In this document: positions 20,423 through 30,323 of the stretch, piece after piece
Layout: every line of letters starts with the position of its first letter
Numbering within the stretch: position 1 is the first letter of the stretch
Source of the DNA: Candidatus Latescibacterota bacterium
Lineage (GTDB): Bacteria > Latescibacterota > UBA2968 > GCA-2709665
Length of the DNA stretch: 64,000 bases
Assembly: GCA_965237675.1 (NCBI GenBank)
Contig: OZ250150.1
Location: 1,024,001 to 1,088,000, forward strand
Direction of reading: 5' to 3'
Notes under the pieces: model-generated
What the model was told of the DNA's origin: nothing
What the model saw: the letters and a program-made list of their open reading frames with translations, nothing else
Database searches by the model: none
Made by a program: the position numbers and the translations under genes

Positions 20423-21885
20423 CCGCTTCGGATGCCACGCTGCTCGCCGTTTTGCTGCCCCTGCTCGGCGCCCCGCTGATTGGTCTTCTTCGACAATGGC
20501 CCAATCTGCGCGAGGCGGCCACACTGGCCACAGGTGGCGTGCTGTTTTTCGTGGTGCTTTCCCTGGTACCGGAAGTTCTTTCGGGGGCGAGGCCAGGTAT
20601 ACAGATCCTCGAGGTGATGCCAGGCCTGGCGCTGGCCTTTGAAGTTGAACCTCTGGGCATGCTCTTTGGGTTGACTGCCTCGGGACTATGGATCCTGACG
20701 TCTCTGTATTCCATCGGGTACATGCGCGGTCATCACGAACCGAACCAGACCCGGTTTTACGTTTTCTTTGCCGTGGCCATTACGGGCGCCTTAGGCGTCG
20801 CATTCGCCCGCAATTTGTTCACGCTGTTTATCTTCTACGAGGTTCTGACCCTGTCGACCTATCCGCTGGTCACCCATCATCGGACGGAAGAGGCGCTTCG
20901 GTCCGGCAGGATCTACCTGGGCATACTGCTCGGCACGTCGGTCGGGTTGATGCTGCTGGCAGTGGTGTGGACCTGGAATCTGACGGGCACCCTGGAATTC
21001 GTACCCGGCGGGATCCTCAAGGGCAAAGCGAGTCCGGCCGTGGTGGGCATACTGCTGGCGCTCTACGCGTTTGGAACCGGCAAGGCCGCGCTGATGCCGT
21101 TCCACCGCTGGCTGCCGGCGGCGATGGTGGCGCCCACGCCGGTGAGCGCTCTGCTGCACGCGGTGGCCGTTGTTAAAGCAGGCGTGTTTACGGTGATGAA
21201 GATTGTGGTCTACATCTTTGGCATCGATCTGCTCAGCAGCAGCGGCATGAGCGTGTGGCTGGCCTATGTGGCCGCGGCAACCCTGCTGATTGCGTCCCTT
21301 GTGGCATTAACCAAGGATAATCTCAAGGCGCGTCTCGCCTATTCCACAGTCAGCCAGTTGTCTTACGTTGTACTCGGCGCGGCCCTTGCCAACAACTGGG
21401 GGATCATTGGCGGCTCCATGCATATTGCGATGCACGCTTTTGGCAAGATCACGTTGTTCTTCTGCGCCGGCGCTATCATGGTGGCCGCGCACAAGACGGA
21501 AATCAGCGACATGGCCGGCATCGGCAAGACAATGCCAATTACCATGTTCGCCTTTTTTGTCGGATCGCTGAGTGTGATCGGCCTACCCCCGCTTGGCGGT
21601 TCGTGGAGCAAGTGGTACCTGGCGCTCGGCGCGGCGGAGGCGGATCGGTTCATTCTCGTGGCCGTGTTGATGATCAGTTCGCTCTTGAGCGTCGCGTACC
21701 TGATGCCGATCGTCGCCCGCGCATTTTTTGTGACGCCCGCCTCGGCGTCCTCCAATGCGACTCCAATTAAGGAAGCGCCGGCGTTCTGCTTGGTTCCCCT
21801 GTGTCTGACGGCCCTCGGGTGCCTGGTGCTCTTCTTCTATGCCGATGAGATTTACCGGTTGCTGGCGCCAATTGCCCGACCCTGA
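20419..21885 (+). CDS. MrpD-like antiporter subunit (copy 2)
   Basis: FIFYEVLT, GKAALMPFHRWLP..APTPVSALLHAVAVVKAG, HAFGK, SWSKWYL. Confidence 0.88.
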   Translation: MTASDATLLAVLLPLLGAPLIGLLRQWPNLREAATLATGGVLFFVVLSLVPEVLSGARPGIQILEVMPGLALAFEVEPLGMLFGLTASGLWILTSLYSIGYMRGHHEPNQTRFYVFFAVAITGALGVAFARNLFTLFIFYEVLTLSTYPLVTHHRTEEALRSGRIYLGILLGTSVGLMLLAVVWTWNLTGTLEFVPGGILKGKASPAVVGILLALYAFGTGKAALMPFHRWLPAAMVAPTPVSALLHAVAVVKAGVFTVMKIVVYIFGIDLLSSSGMSVWLAYVAAATLLIASLVALTKDNLKARLAYSTVSQLSYVVLGAALANNWGIIGGSMHIAMHAFGKITLFFCAGAIMVAAHKTEISDMAGIGKTMPITMFAFFVGSLSVIGLPPLGGSWSKWYLALGAAEADRFILVAVLMISSLLSVAYLMPIVARAFFVTPASASSNATPIKEAPAFCLVPLCLTALGCLVLFFYADEIYRLLAPIARP

Positions 21886-21896
21886 GGGATGGAGCC

Positions 21897-22142
21897 ATGG
21901 AAGACAAAAGGAAATACTGGCTGGACGAGCCCGGAAATGTAAGGAAGATCCGCGGGGCGCTGTACGTGATCTGTGTACTGCTGGTATTGATGGATCTGTT
22001 CTACCATAAGCATACACATTATGCTGTGGAGAAATGGTTTGGCTTTCATGGGTTTTACGGATTTGTAGCATGCGTCCTGCTGGTGCTGGCCGCCAAGGGG
22101 TTGCGCGTCATTCTGGGACGCAAGGAAGATTATTATGATTGA
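21897..22142 (+). CDS. Small 2-TM membrane protein within the mrp block
   Basis: 81 aa, RBS GGAG, two hydrophobic segments, overlaps start of the next gene. Confidence 0.8.
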   Translation: MEDKRKYWLDEPGNVRKIRGALYVICVLLVLMDLFYHKHTHYAVEKWFGFHGFYGFVACVLLVLAAKGLRVILGRKEDYYD

Positions 22143-23823
22143 TCAGTTTCCGCCTGCATTGATCCTGATTCTCGGTTCGTTGCTGATACCGTTTCTCCGC
22201 GGGCGATTCCAGGCGGTCTACATGCTGTTGCTTCCGGTTGTCGGATTCGCCCAACTGCTCGGCCTTTCCCCGGGCGAATACTGGCAGATTCCGATCTTCG
22301 ATTATAGTCTGACGCTGGTTCGAATCGACAAGCTCAGCCTGGTCTTCGGCTATATTTTCCATATCGCTGCCTTTCTGAACGTCATCTATGCGCTCCATGT
22401 GAAGGACAACACGCAGCATGTCGCGGGCCTGATCTACGTGGGCGGCGCCATTGGCGCCGTCTTCGCGGGCGATCTGATTACCCTGTTCGTCTACTGGGAA
22501 CTGACCGCGATTTCCTCCGTATTTCTGATCTGGAGCCGCCGGACCGAACGCGCCCAAGCCGCCGGGATGCGCTACCTGATCGTACAGGTCGGATCGGGCG
22601 TGATTCTGCTCGCCGGTATTCTGATCCATCTGCGAGAGACCGGCTCGATTGCCTTTACCGGACTGGGGCTGAATGGTCTGGGAACGACCCTTATCTTTGT
22701 CGCTTTTGGGATCAAGTGCGCCTTCCCGCTGCTCCACAACTGGTTGCAGGACGCCTATCCCGAGGCAACGGTGACCGGCACCGTGTTCCTGAGCGCGTTC
22801 ACGACCAAGCTGGCGGTATATGCCCTGGCACGGGGCTTTCCCGGCACGGAGATCCTGATCCCGATCGGGGCGGCGATGGCCGCGTTTCCGATTTTCTATG
22901 CGGTCATCGAAAACGACCTCAGGCGCGTGCTGGCTTATAGTCTGAACAACCAGTTGGGTTTTATGGTGGTCGGTATCGGTATTGGAACGGAGATGTCCCT
23001 GAATGGAACCGCCGCCCACGCTTTCACGCATATTCTCTATAAGGCTCTGTTGTTCATGTCGATGGGTGCGGTGTTGTACCGAACCGGTACCGCCAATGGT
23101 TCGGAACTGGGAGGCCTGTACAAATCCATGCCTCTGACAACGGTTTTCTGCATAATCGGAGCGGCGTCGATTTCGGCCTTTCCATTCTTCAGCGGCTTCA
23201 TCAGTAAATCGCTGGTGATTTCTGCAACCATCGACGGACACTACACCCTGACGTGGCTGGTGTTGCTGTTCGCATCCGCCGGTGTATTTCACCATTCGGG
23301 CATCAAGATCCCCTTCTTCGCCTTCTTTGCCCATGATTCAGGGATCCGCTGCAGGGAGGCGCCGCTGAACATGCTCGTTGCGATGGGTGCCGCCGCCGCC
23401 ATGTGCGTCCTGATAGGCGTCTTTCCCAGGCCGCTGTACGATATTCTGCCCTATGCCGTGAATTACGAGCCGTATACCGCGGTCCATATAATTTCCCAGT
23501 ACCAGCTATTGTTTTTCTCCGCACTGGCCTTCACCTTTCTGAAGCTTACCGGGATATACCCGCCGGAACTCAGGTCCGTAAATCTGGATACCGACTGGGC
23601 ATATCGCAGGCTGCTGCCGGGTATGGTCCGGATTGGCGCGCGGGCGGGCGGGCCGGTGCGGGATTCGGTGCTGCTCGGTGGCAAGGCTCTCCTTACGGCA
23701 ATCATTTCAGACTTCCGTCATTACCTCGGCCCCCAAGGCGTTCTTGGTCGAACCTGGCTTACCGGCAGTGCCGTGCTGCTGGTGACAATCTTCCTTGCCG
23801 TGTTTTTAATCGTTTGCTTCTGA
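22135..23823 (+). CDS. MrpD/MrpA-like antiporter subunit (copy 3) with C-terminal lateral helix
   Basis: FVYWELTA, IKCAFPLLHNWLQDAYP, TTKLA, HILYK, GFISKS; tail NLDTDWAYR plus amphipathic stretch and terminal TM. Confidence 0.88.
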   Translation: MIDQFPPALILILGSLLIPFLRGRFQAVYMLLLPVVGFAQLLGLSPGEYWQIPIFDYSLTLVRIDKLSLVFGYIFHIAAFLNVIYALHVKDNTQHVAGLIYVGGAIGAVFAGDLITLFVYWELTAISSVFLIWSRRTERAQAAGMRYLIVQVGSGVILLAGILIHLRETGSIAFTGLGLNGLGTTLIFVAFGIKCAFPLLHNWLQDAYPEATVTGTVFLSAFTTKLAVYALARGFPGTEILIPIGAAMAAFPIFYAVIENDLRRVLAYSLNNQLGFMVVGIGIGTEMSLNGTAAHAFTHILYKALLFMSMGAVLYRTGTANGSELGGLYKSMPLTTVFCIIGAASISAFPFFSGFISKSLVISATIDGHYTLTWLVLLFASAGVFHHSGIKIPFFAFFAHDSGIRCREAPLNMLVAMGAAAAMCVLIGVFPRPLYDILPYAVNYEPYTAVHIISQYQLLFFSALAFTFLKLTGIYPPELRSVNLDTDWAYRRLLPGMVRIGARAGGPVRDSVLLGGKALLTAIISDFRHYLGPQGVLGRTWLTGSAVLLVTIFLAVFLIVCF

Positions 23824-23946
23824 TACTCGCGACGGAGCCAATTTACTTAAGATTCCGAAAAATAATTAGTTAAGTATATATTCCGCGTACAGAAACCATT
23901 GGGTCGTTCACCTATTTGCACGCCTGCATGCGATTGCCGAACTTTA

Positions 23947-23979
23947 GGCTTGACTTTTTTATCGCATCCCTGTTAATTA
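23947..23979 (+). promoter_or_regulatory. Possible internal promoter upstream of nuoN-atp
   Basis: GGCTTGACTTTT identical to the nuoA -35 context, AT-rich TGTTAATTA about 17 bp downstream (imperfect -10), in a 190-bp AT-rich gap. Confidence 0.4.
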
Positions 23980-24013
23980 ATGCTGCTAATAATTTTCACC
24001 GGAGATTTCTACC

Positions 24014-25462
24014 TTGCCTGACCTGAGCTGGACTGTTCTCCTTCCCTCTCTGATTGTCACGGCGAGTGCGCTGTTGATTCTGTGTATCGACATCGTCCGG
24101 CCCGAAAATCGTGGCGTCGGAGCGGCATATGCGGCCCTCGTCGGAACGGGTCTGGCGGCAGTGGCCTCAGCCGGGCTGTGGGGCCGATCCGAGCAGGCCT
24201 TTGGCGGCATGCTCGTGCTGGACAATTTCGCGCTCTTTTCCAACATCATATTTACGGTTGGTACGGGGCTGACCATTTTCGTTTCCACCGGTTATCTGAG
24301 GCGGGAACACAACAGCCGCAGCGAGTACTATCTGCTGCTGCTGACGGCCACGCTGGGCATGATGCTCATGGCCGCGGGAACGGACCTGATTGTGATCTTC
24401 CTGGGTCTGGAACTGATGTCTCTGTCCCTCTATATCCTGGTTGGCTTCATCAAGTCCCGCTCCGCCTCCAACGAGGCCTCGCTGAAATATCTGCTGCTGG
24501 GGGCCTTCGCTACCGGGTTCCTGCTTTATGGGATTGCCCTCATCTATGGATCGACCGGTTCCACAAACCTCGAGCAAGTCGGCGCGATGCTCTCCCGACG
24601 CGTGGAAAGCGGCGGCCTGATGTTATACGCCGGCATGGTATTGCTGGTTGTGGGCTTTGCATTCAAGGTGGCGGCGGTTCCGTTTCACATGTGGGCTCCC
24701 GATGTCTACGAAGGAGCGCCCGCGGCGGTCACCGCGTTTCTCTCGGCGGGCCCCAAGGCGGCCGCCTTTGTGGCATTTTTCCGCGTGCTGATGGTATCTC
24801 TGGAATCGTTGAAGGCGGAGTGGACTGCGGTGCTCTGGATTCTGGCCGTGTTGACAATGACGGTAGGCAACCTGAGCGCGCTGAACCAACGCAGCCTCAA
24901 ACGGATGCTGGCCTATTCTAGCGTCGCCCATGCCGGCTACGTGTTGATCGCGCTGACCTCGGCCAGTGCAAAGGGCATTTCCGCGGCGTTGTTTTATCTG
25001 CTTGCCTATACGTTTATGAATATTGGCGCCTTTGCGGTACTGATTCTGGTTGCACGGAAAGGCGAAGAGAACCTGGATATTTCCGACTATGCGGGTTTGG
25101 GTTTCAAACATCCGGTTCTGGGGCTGTCTATGACGTTATTCATGCTCTCCCTGGCCGGACTGCCGCCCACAGCGGGTTTCTTCGGGAAATTCTACATATT
25201 CCGGGCGGCCATCGACGCGGATCTGATCTCCCTCACCATTATCGGCGTGCTCAACAGCCTTGTCTCGGTCTATTTCTATCTCGGGGTCGTAGTAAGCATG
25301 TATATGAGACAACCCGCTGATGAAGAGCCGGTGGTATCTTTTCCCGCGCTTGCACGAACCGCGCTGCTCGTGACATCCCTGGCGACCCTCTATTTAGGCC
25401 TCGCCCCCGCACGTTTTCTCGAGTTGGCCAGGCAGACGGTGGATAATCTCATAGGGAGTTAA
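24014..25462 (+). CDS. nuoN: NADH-quinone oxidoreductase subunit N
   Basis: GLELMS, SNEASLKY, FKVAAVPFHMWAPDVYEGAP, GPK, GFFGKF; TTG start after GGAG. Confidence 0.95.
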   Translation: MPDLSWTVLLPSLIVTASALLILCIDIVRPENRGVGAAYAALVGTGLAAVASAGLWGRSEQAFGGMLVLDNFALFSNIIFTVGTGLTIFVSTGYLRREHNSRSEYYLLLLTATLGMMLMAAGTDLIVIFLGLELMSLSLYILVGFIKSRSASNEASLKYLLLGAFATGFLLYGIALIYGSTGSTNLEQVGAMLSRRVESGGLMLYAGMVLLVVGFAFKVAAVPFHMWAPDVYEGAPAAVTAFLSAGPKAAAFVAFFRVLMVSLESLKAEWTAVLWILAVLTMTVGNLSALNQRSLKRMLAYSSVAHAGYVLIALTSASAKGISAALFYLLAYTFMNIGAFAVLILVARKGEENLDISDYAGLGFKHPVLGLSMTLFMLSLAGLPPTAGFFGKFYIFRAAIDADLISLTIIGVLNSLVSVYFYLGVVVSMYMRQPADEEPVVSFPALARTALLVTSLATLYLGLAPARFLELARQTVDNLIGS

Positions 25463-25537
25463 GCATGCCGCGGCTTGCAATGTACGGGGAAACTCCGGCC
25501 CCGACGCCCTTTCGTCCTTAACGCATCACGCGGATCG

Positions 25538-25813
25538 ATGTCGGACAAAAAAAAACAACCGGGCCTGGCGGCAGCCTATCGGAAAGCGGGCCCCTATCTG
25601 AACCTGGGTATTGAGTTTGCGGCGTCTATCTTGCTCTGTCTATTTGCCGGGCGCTGGTTGGACGGTAAACTTGGAACACACCCTTTTCTGATGCTGGGGG
25701 GGGTGTTGCTGGGCATGACGGTCGGTTTTTTAAACCTGTACCGTACGGTGATGCGGCTCCAGGACCAGGAAAAGCAGAAGAACAGGGAAGGGCGGCCCGG
25801 AGGTGAAGCGTGA
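25538..25813 (+). CDS. AtpZ/AtpI-family small membrane protein
   Basis: GRWLDGKLGTHP motif between 2 TMs, first gene of the atp operon. Confidence 0.85.
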   Translation: MSDKKKQPGLAAAYRKAGPYLNLGIEFAASILLCLFAGRWLDGKLGTHPFLMLGGVLLGMTVGFLNLYRTVMRLQDQEKQKNREGRPGGEA

Positions 25814-26214
25814 AGACGGAGTTTGCCCGATTTCTTAAACAGGTCGGATGGGTCCTGGTCCTCACGACAATTCTGGGAGGGTACCCGCTTTTCGTCTACT
25901 ATGGCGTTGAGATGACTTGGGCGGCAGCCATAGGGTGCGGCATCAGCACTGTGAACGTGCTGATTGGAGCCCTATCGGCAATGTGGTCGTTCGACAAGCC
26001 TCAGGCGGTGTTTTTAAAGACGTTGCTGGGTGGGATGGCCATTCGGATGGTCGTTATCTGTATAATTCTGGTCCTGTTGATTAAATTGACAACGCTTTCG
26101 GTTTACGGATTGGTTTTTTCTCTTTTTCTTTTCTACGTGCTTTTTCAGATTTTAGAGGTTCGACTCTTCGTAAGGCGCATTGAGGCTCGGCGGAGGTCAA
26201 GCGAGGGGGTTTGA
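25810..26214 (+). CDS. ATP synthase I-like membrane protein
   Basis: 4 TM, GGMAIRM, position immediately before atpB. Confidence 0.75.
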   Translation: MKTEFARFLKQVGWVLVLTTILGGYPLFVYYGVEMTWAAAIGCGISTVNVLIGALSAMWSFDKPQAVFLKTLLGGMAIRMVVICIILVLLIKLTTLSVYGLVFSLFLFYVLFQILEVRLFVRRIEARRRSSEGV

Positions 26215-26218
26215 GACG

Positions 26219-27019
26219 ATGGCTTCAGAAGGGGCCGCTGAAGAAAAAAAAGATTACATTATGGAGCACCTGCTCGATTCTTCGGAACTCCATCTGCCCT
26301 GGGGGGAACTCCATCTGCCCCATTTTGAGTTGTTTGGAATTGACTTATCTATCACGCGGCATGTCGTCATGATGTGGGTTGCCGCACTGTTTCTCCTGGT
26401 TGTCTTTTTCTTGACAACCCGGCGGCGGGGACTCGTTCCGTCCGGGCTGGCAAACCTGCTTGAGTCGGTCGTTGTATTTATTCGGGATGATGTTGCAGTT
26501 CCCAACATCGGGGTAAAAGAAGCCGGGCGTTTTTTGCCGTTTTTGTTCACTATTTTTTTCTTCATCCTGACCTGCAATCTGTTGGGCCTGGTACCCTATG
26601 GCGCAACCGCGACCGGCAATGTGAGTGTAACTGCCGGTCTGGCAATTTGCGCCTTTTTGGTTGTTCAAGTGGGCGGCATTGTTCATAACGGTTCATTCGG
26701 CTATTTTAAGGGACTTGTGCCCCACGGGCTGCCGCTGCCGATTACGCTGCTGATGATCCCGGTTGAGCTCATCGGTCTCCTTGCAAAACCGTTCGCGCTC
26801 TGCATCCGTCTCTTCGCGAATATGACCGCCGGACATGTGATTATCCTGGCGCTGCTCGGTTTGATCTTTATCTTCAAGTCGTATGCTGTTGCACCTGTGT
26901 CCGTGCTTTTTGCGCTGGCGATCTATTTGCTGGAAATTTTCGTTTCATTGGTGCAGGCTTATATATTTACTTTGCTATCGGCCGTTTTTATCGGTATGGC
27001 CGTGCATCAGGATCATTGA
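26219..27019 (+). CDS. atpB: ATP synthase Fo subunit a
   Basis: NLLGLVP, KPFALCIRLFANMTAGH, LVQAYIFTLL. Confidence 0.96.
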   Translation: MASEGAAEEKKDYIMEHLLDSSELHLPWGELHLPHFELFGIDLSITRHVVMMWVAALFLLVVFFLTTRRRGLVPSGLANLLESVVVFIRDDVAVPNIGVKEAGRFLPFLFTIFFFILTCNLLGLVPYGATATGNVSVTAGLAICAFLVVQVGGIVHNGSFGYFKGLVPHGLPLPITLLMIPVELIGLLAKPFALCIRLFANMTAGHVIILALLGLIFIFKSYAVAPVSVLFALAIYLLEIFVSLVQAYIFTLLSAVFIGMAVHQDH

Positions 27020-27081
27020 AGTGGAATGTGTGTTCAATTTTCCATTGTTAAACCTTAACTTTTTAGCCGAGGAGGTGTGTT

Positions 27082-27333
27082 GTGGCAGACGTAGCATCCG
27101 TGGCAGCTGAAGCATACGGTTATTTGTCCGCCGGCATTGGCGCTGGGTTGGTAACGATCGGGGCGGGTCTCGGGATCGGACGGTTGGCTGGAATGGCGAT
27201 GGAGGGTACAGCACGCCAGCCGGAGGCGGCCGGCGATATCCGTACCTCTATGCTCATTACGGCGGCCTTTATAGAGGGTGTGGCCCTGTTCGGCCAGGTG
27301 ATCTGTTTTCTTCTGGCAACACAGGGGGGATGA
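27082..27333 (+). CDS. atpE: ATP synthase Fo subunit c (H+-type)
   Basis: GAGLGIG, RQPEA loop, FIEGVALF. Confidence 0.96.
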   Translation: MADVASVAAEAYGYLSAGIGAGLVTIGAGLGIGRLAGMAMEGTARQPEAAGDIRTSMLITAAFIEGVALFGQVICFLLATQGG

Positions 27334-27357
27334 AGCTGCAATAACGTCTGTACGCTA

Positions 27358-27519
27358 GTGTTCTGTCCCGGAAATAGATTGCCGAAATTCGGCCGCCGAG
27401 TCGCTCGGCTCGCAAGGTGCCTGAGCGAGGCGACCTGGGCAAGGTCGGCGAGAGAAGGCAACGCAGCGAGACGTGATGAATCGGTGGATGAATGGTAACA
27501 TATTTTGGGGACGGGACAC
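27358..27519. mobile_element. 162-bp MITE/ERIC-like element, copy 2 (inverted relative to copy 1)
   Basis: TA-GTGTTCTGTCCC ... GGGACGGGACAC-TA; internal part nearly identical to the reverse complement of copy 1; right arm diverged. Confidence 0.85.
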
Positions 27520-27543
27520 TATTACTGGGGAAAAGGGTATCAT

Positions 27544-28041
27544 ATGTTGTTAAATGTCGATGAAGGTCTGATAATCTGGACCATTATTACCTTCATCTTA
27601 CTGCTGCTTGTTCTCAAGGCGGTTGCCTGGAAGCCGCTGCTGGCCATGCTGGACGAGCGCGAAAGGCGTATTCGGGAATCCTTGAACCAGGCCGAAAAGG
27701 CCCGGGAGGAGGCTCAGAATGCGGCCGACGAAAACCGGCGCGCTATGGAGCATGCCCAGGCCGAGGCCCGGCAGACGATTTCGGAAGGACGGGAGGCGGC
27801 CGAGCGTGCGGCGGCGGAAGTACGTGCTCGAGCGGCGGATGAAGCCCAGCAGATGCTGCAGCAGGCCCGGCGAACGATTCGGCAGGAGAAGGAGCAGGCG
27901 ATCCAGGAGTTGAGAACCCACGCCGCGGGTCTGGCCATCGACGCCGCCGGTAAAGTGTTGAACGAAAACCTGGACAATGCCAGAAACCGGAAGCTGGTCG
28001 ACGAGTTTATAGACAGCATTCCTGATACAGACCAAAATTGA
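27544..28041 (+). CDS. atpF: ATP synthase Fo subunit b
   Basis: GLIIWTIITF TM, WKPL..LDERERRI, coiled coil. Confidence 0.95.
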   Translation: MLLNVDEGLIIWTIITFILLLLVLKAVAWKPLLAMLDERERRIRESLNQAEKAREEAQNAADENRRAMEHAQAEARQTISEGREAAERAAAEVRARAADEAQQMLQQARRTIRQEKEQAIQELRTHAAGLAIDAAGKVLNENLDNARNRKLVDEFIDSIPDTDQN

Positions 28042-28056
28042 TTTCTGGAGCGGAGC

Positions 28057-28602
28057 TTGAACGAAACTCCCGTCGCAATGCGTTATGCCAGGGCGCTTAT
28101 CCAGGCGGCCGAAGAGCGAGATGCGCTGGAACGGGTCCATGAGGATTTGCAGGGCCTTCTGGACCTGCTCCGGGAATCGGAAGACCTGCGCGCCTTTCTG
28201 AGCGACCCCCTGATTTTTCCTGAGCAGAAGCGGACGGCCCTCCGGAGGCTTTTTTCGGGTCGGATCGGGGATCTCACGCTGAACTTCCTGCTGCTCTTGT
28301 GCGACAAACGACGAGAGCGGGGGCTCGACGGCATCATTCGAGCGTTCCTGATGCTCCTGGACGAGCGCCGGGGCCTGATTACCGCATATGTGCGTTCGGC
28401 GCAGGAACTCTCACAGGATCAACGCGCGCGGCTTTCACAGCGGCTGTCGGCCTATTCGGGGAAGCAGGTCCGTCTCGAGGTGGAAGTCGACAAGGGACTA
28501 CGTGCGGGCTTTGTGACCAGGATGGGCGACCATGTGTTCGACGCAACCCTTGAAGCGCAGTTGAACCGGATGCGCCAGAGGCTGGTTTCGGGTTTATCAT
28601 AG
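28057..28602 (+). CDS. atpH: ATP synthase F1 subunit delta
   Basis: VAMRYARAL, NFLLLLCDKRR, VDKGLRAG..D. Confidence 0.94.
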   Translation: MNETPVAMRYARALIQAAEERDALERVHEDLQGLLDLLRESEDLRAFLSDPLIFPEQKRTALRRLFSGRIGDLTLNFLLLLCDKRRERGLDGIIRAFLMLLDERRGLITAYVRSAQELSQDQRARLSQRLSAYSGKQVRLEVEVDKGLRAGFVTRMGDHVFDATLEAQLNRMRQRLVSGLS

Positions 28603-28763
28603 CAGTCCGTTGAGAAAGTTGCTCTGCAGGCGAGGCCGAGCCATTGTGACCGAAGACAAGGCGCGCGACCGAGCCGAATCGGTGGATTCGGAGAGGGAGC
28701 GCAACGCAGTCATTCGGCCACAAGAGCCGGCCGCAGACCGGATGGACTTTATTAACGGGCTGA
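28602..28763. mobile_element. 162-bp MITE/ERIC-like element with different termini, copy 3
   Basis: Imperfect TIR CAGTCCGTTGAGAAAGT / ACTTTATTAACGGGCTG (14/17), TA-flanked, shares the core CAAGGCG...GCAACGCAG with copies 1 and 2. Confidence 0.65.
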
Positions 28764-28783
28764 TAACCGAGGTGTAGACACTT

Positions 28784-30304
28784 ATGGCGATGAACTTACA
28801 GATTCGCCCCGATGAAGTCTCCGATATTCTCAAACAGCAGATTCTGGAGGCAGAACGGGATATTGACGTTTACGAAACCGGGACCGTGCTGCAGGTGGGC
28901 GATGGCGTGGCGCGCGTTCACGGGCTGGGCAACGCGCAGGCCAGTGAACTGGTGGCGTTCCCCAATAACATCATGGGCATGGCGTTCAACCTGGAAGAGG
29001 ACAACGTGGGCTGCGTCCTCTTCGGGGACGACACTGCAATCAAGGAAGGCGACCGGGTCAGGCGGACCGGACGCGTCGTCGAAGTGCCCGTGGGAGAAGA
29101 ATTGCTGGGCCGGGTGGTTACGCCTCTGGGTGAGCCGCTGGATGGAAAAGGGCCGATTCGCACCTCGCAGACGTTGCCCGTAGAACGGATTGCACCGGGG
29201 GTGATCCAGCGCCAGCCGGTGGAAGAAGCGCTACAGACGGGAATCAAGGTGGTGGATGCCGCAACGCCGATCGGACGCGGGCAGCGGGAGTTGATCATCG
29301 GCGACCGGCAGACCGGGAAGACGGCCATCGGGCTGGATGCAATCATCAACCAGAAGGACAGCGGCGTTAAATGTATCTATGTGGGCATCGGCCAGAAGGC
29401 GTCGTCCGTGGCCAAGGTGGTTGCCGAACTCGAGGCAAACGGCGCCCTGGCATATACAATCGTGGTATCGGCAACGGCCAGCGATCCGGCGCCGCTTCAG
29501 TTCCTCGCCCCCTATGCCGGATGTTCAATGGGCGAGTACTTCCGCGACAAGGGCGAACACGCACTGATTGTGTACGACGATCTCTCCAAGCAGGCATGGG
29601 CGTACAGGGAAATGGCCCTGGTCCTTCGCCGGCCCCCTGGGCGGGAAGCCTATCCCGGCGACGTATTCTACCTGCATTCACGCCTTCTGGAACGCGCCTG
29701 CAAATTGAGCGACGACAAGGGCGCGGGCTCTCTCACGGCGCTGCCCATCATCGAGATTCTGGAGGGGGACGTATCCACGTTCGTGCCCACCAACGTGATT
29801 TCGATAACGGATGGTCAGATTCTGCTGAAACCGGAATTGTTCTATTCCGGTATCCGTCCGGCAATGGACGTCGGCGCTTCCGTTTCCAGGGTCAGTTCGG
29901 CCAAAACACGGGCTATGAGGGCCGTTTCCGGCACGTTGAGCGGGGATATCGCGCGGTACAACGAGGTTCAGGCCTTTGCGCAATTCGGGGCCTCGGACCT
30001 GGACACGGCGACCCGCAACCTGCTGAACCGCGGCGAGAAACTGATCGAGATTCTCAAGCAGGACCAGTACGCTCCGATGTCGCTCGGGGAGCAGGTGGTA
30101 TCTCTTACCGTGGGTGCGAGCATCGACGAACTGCCCACGGCTGACGTAAGACGATTTGAAGCCGAAGTGCTCGCGTATATGCGCGACCACCACCAGGACG
30201 TGGTTGATGAGATCACGAGCAGCGAAGAGCTGCGCGACGAGGGGCGGGCCGTCATCGACACCGCCATTGAAAAAGTGAAGCGCGGCTTTCAGGCGTCGGC
30301 GTAG
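28784..30304 (+). CDS. atpA: ATP synthase F1 subunit alpha
   Basis: [40 protein letters not shown]. Confidence 0.97.
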   Translation: MAMNLQIRPDEVSDILKQQILEAERDIDVYETGTVLQVGDGVARVHGLGNAQASELVAFPNNIMGMAFNLEEDNVGCVLFGDDTAIKEGDRVRRTGRVVEVPVGEELLGRVVTPLGEPLDGKGPIRTSQTLPVERIAPGVIQRQPVEEALQTGIKVVDAATPIGRGQRELIIGDRQTGKTAIGLDAIINQKDSGVKCIYVGIGQKASSVAKVVAELEANGALAYTIVVSATASDPAPLQFLAPYAGCSMGEYFRDKGEHALIVYDDLSKQAWAYREMALVLRRPPGREAYPGDVFYLHSRLLERACKLSDDKGAGSLTALPIIEILEGDVSTFVPTNVISITDGQILLKPELFYSGIRPAMDVGASVSRVSSAKTRAMRAVSGTLSGDIARYNEVQAFAQFGASDLDTATRNLLNRGEKLIEILKQDQYAPMSLGEQVVSLTVGASIDELPTADVRRFEAEVLAYMRDHHQDVVDEITSSEELRDEGRAVIDTAIEKVKRGFQASA

Positions 30305-30323
30305 GCGCACGGGAGAGTAGCCG

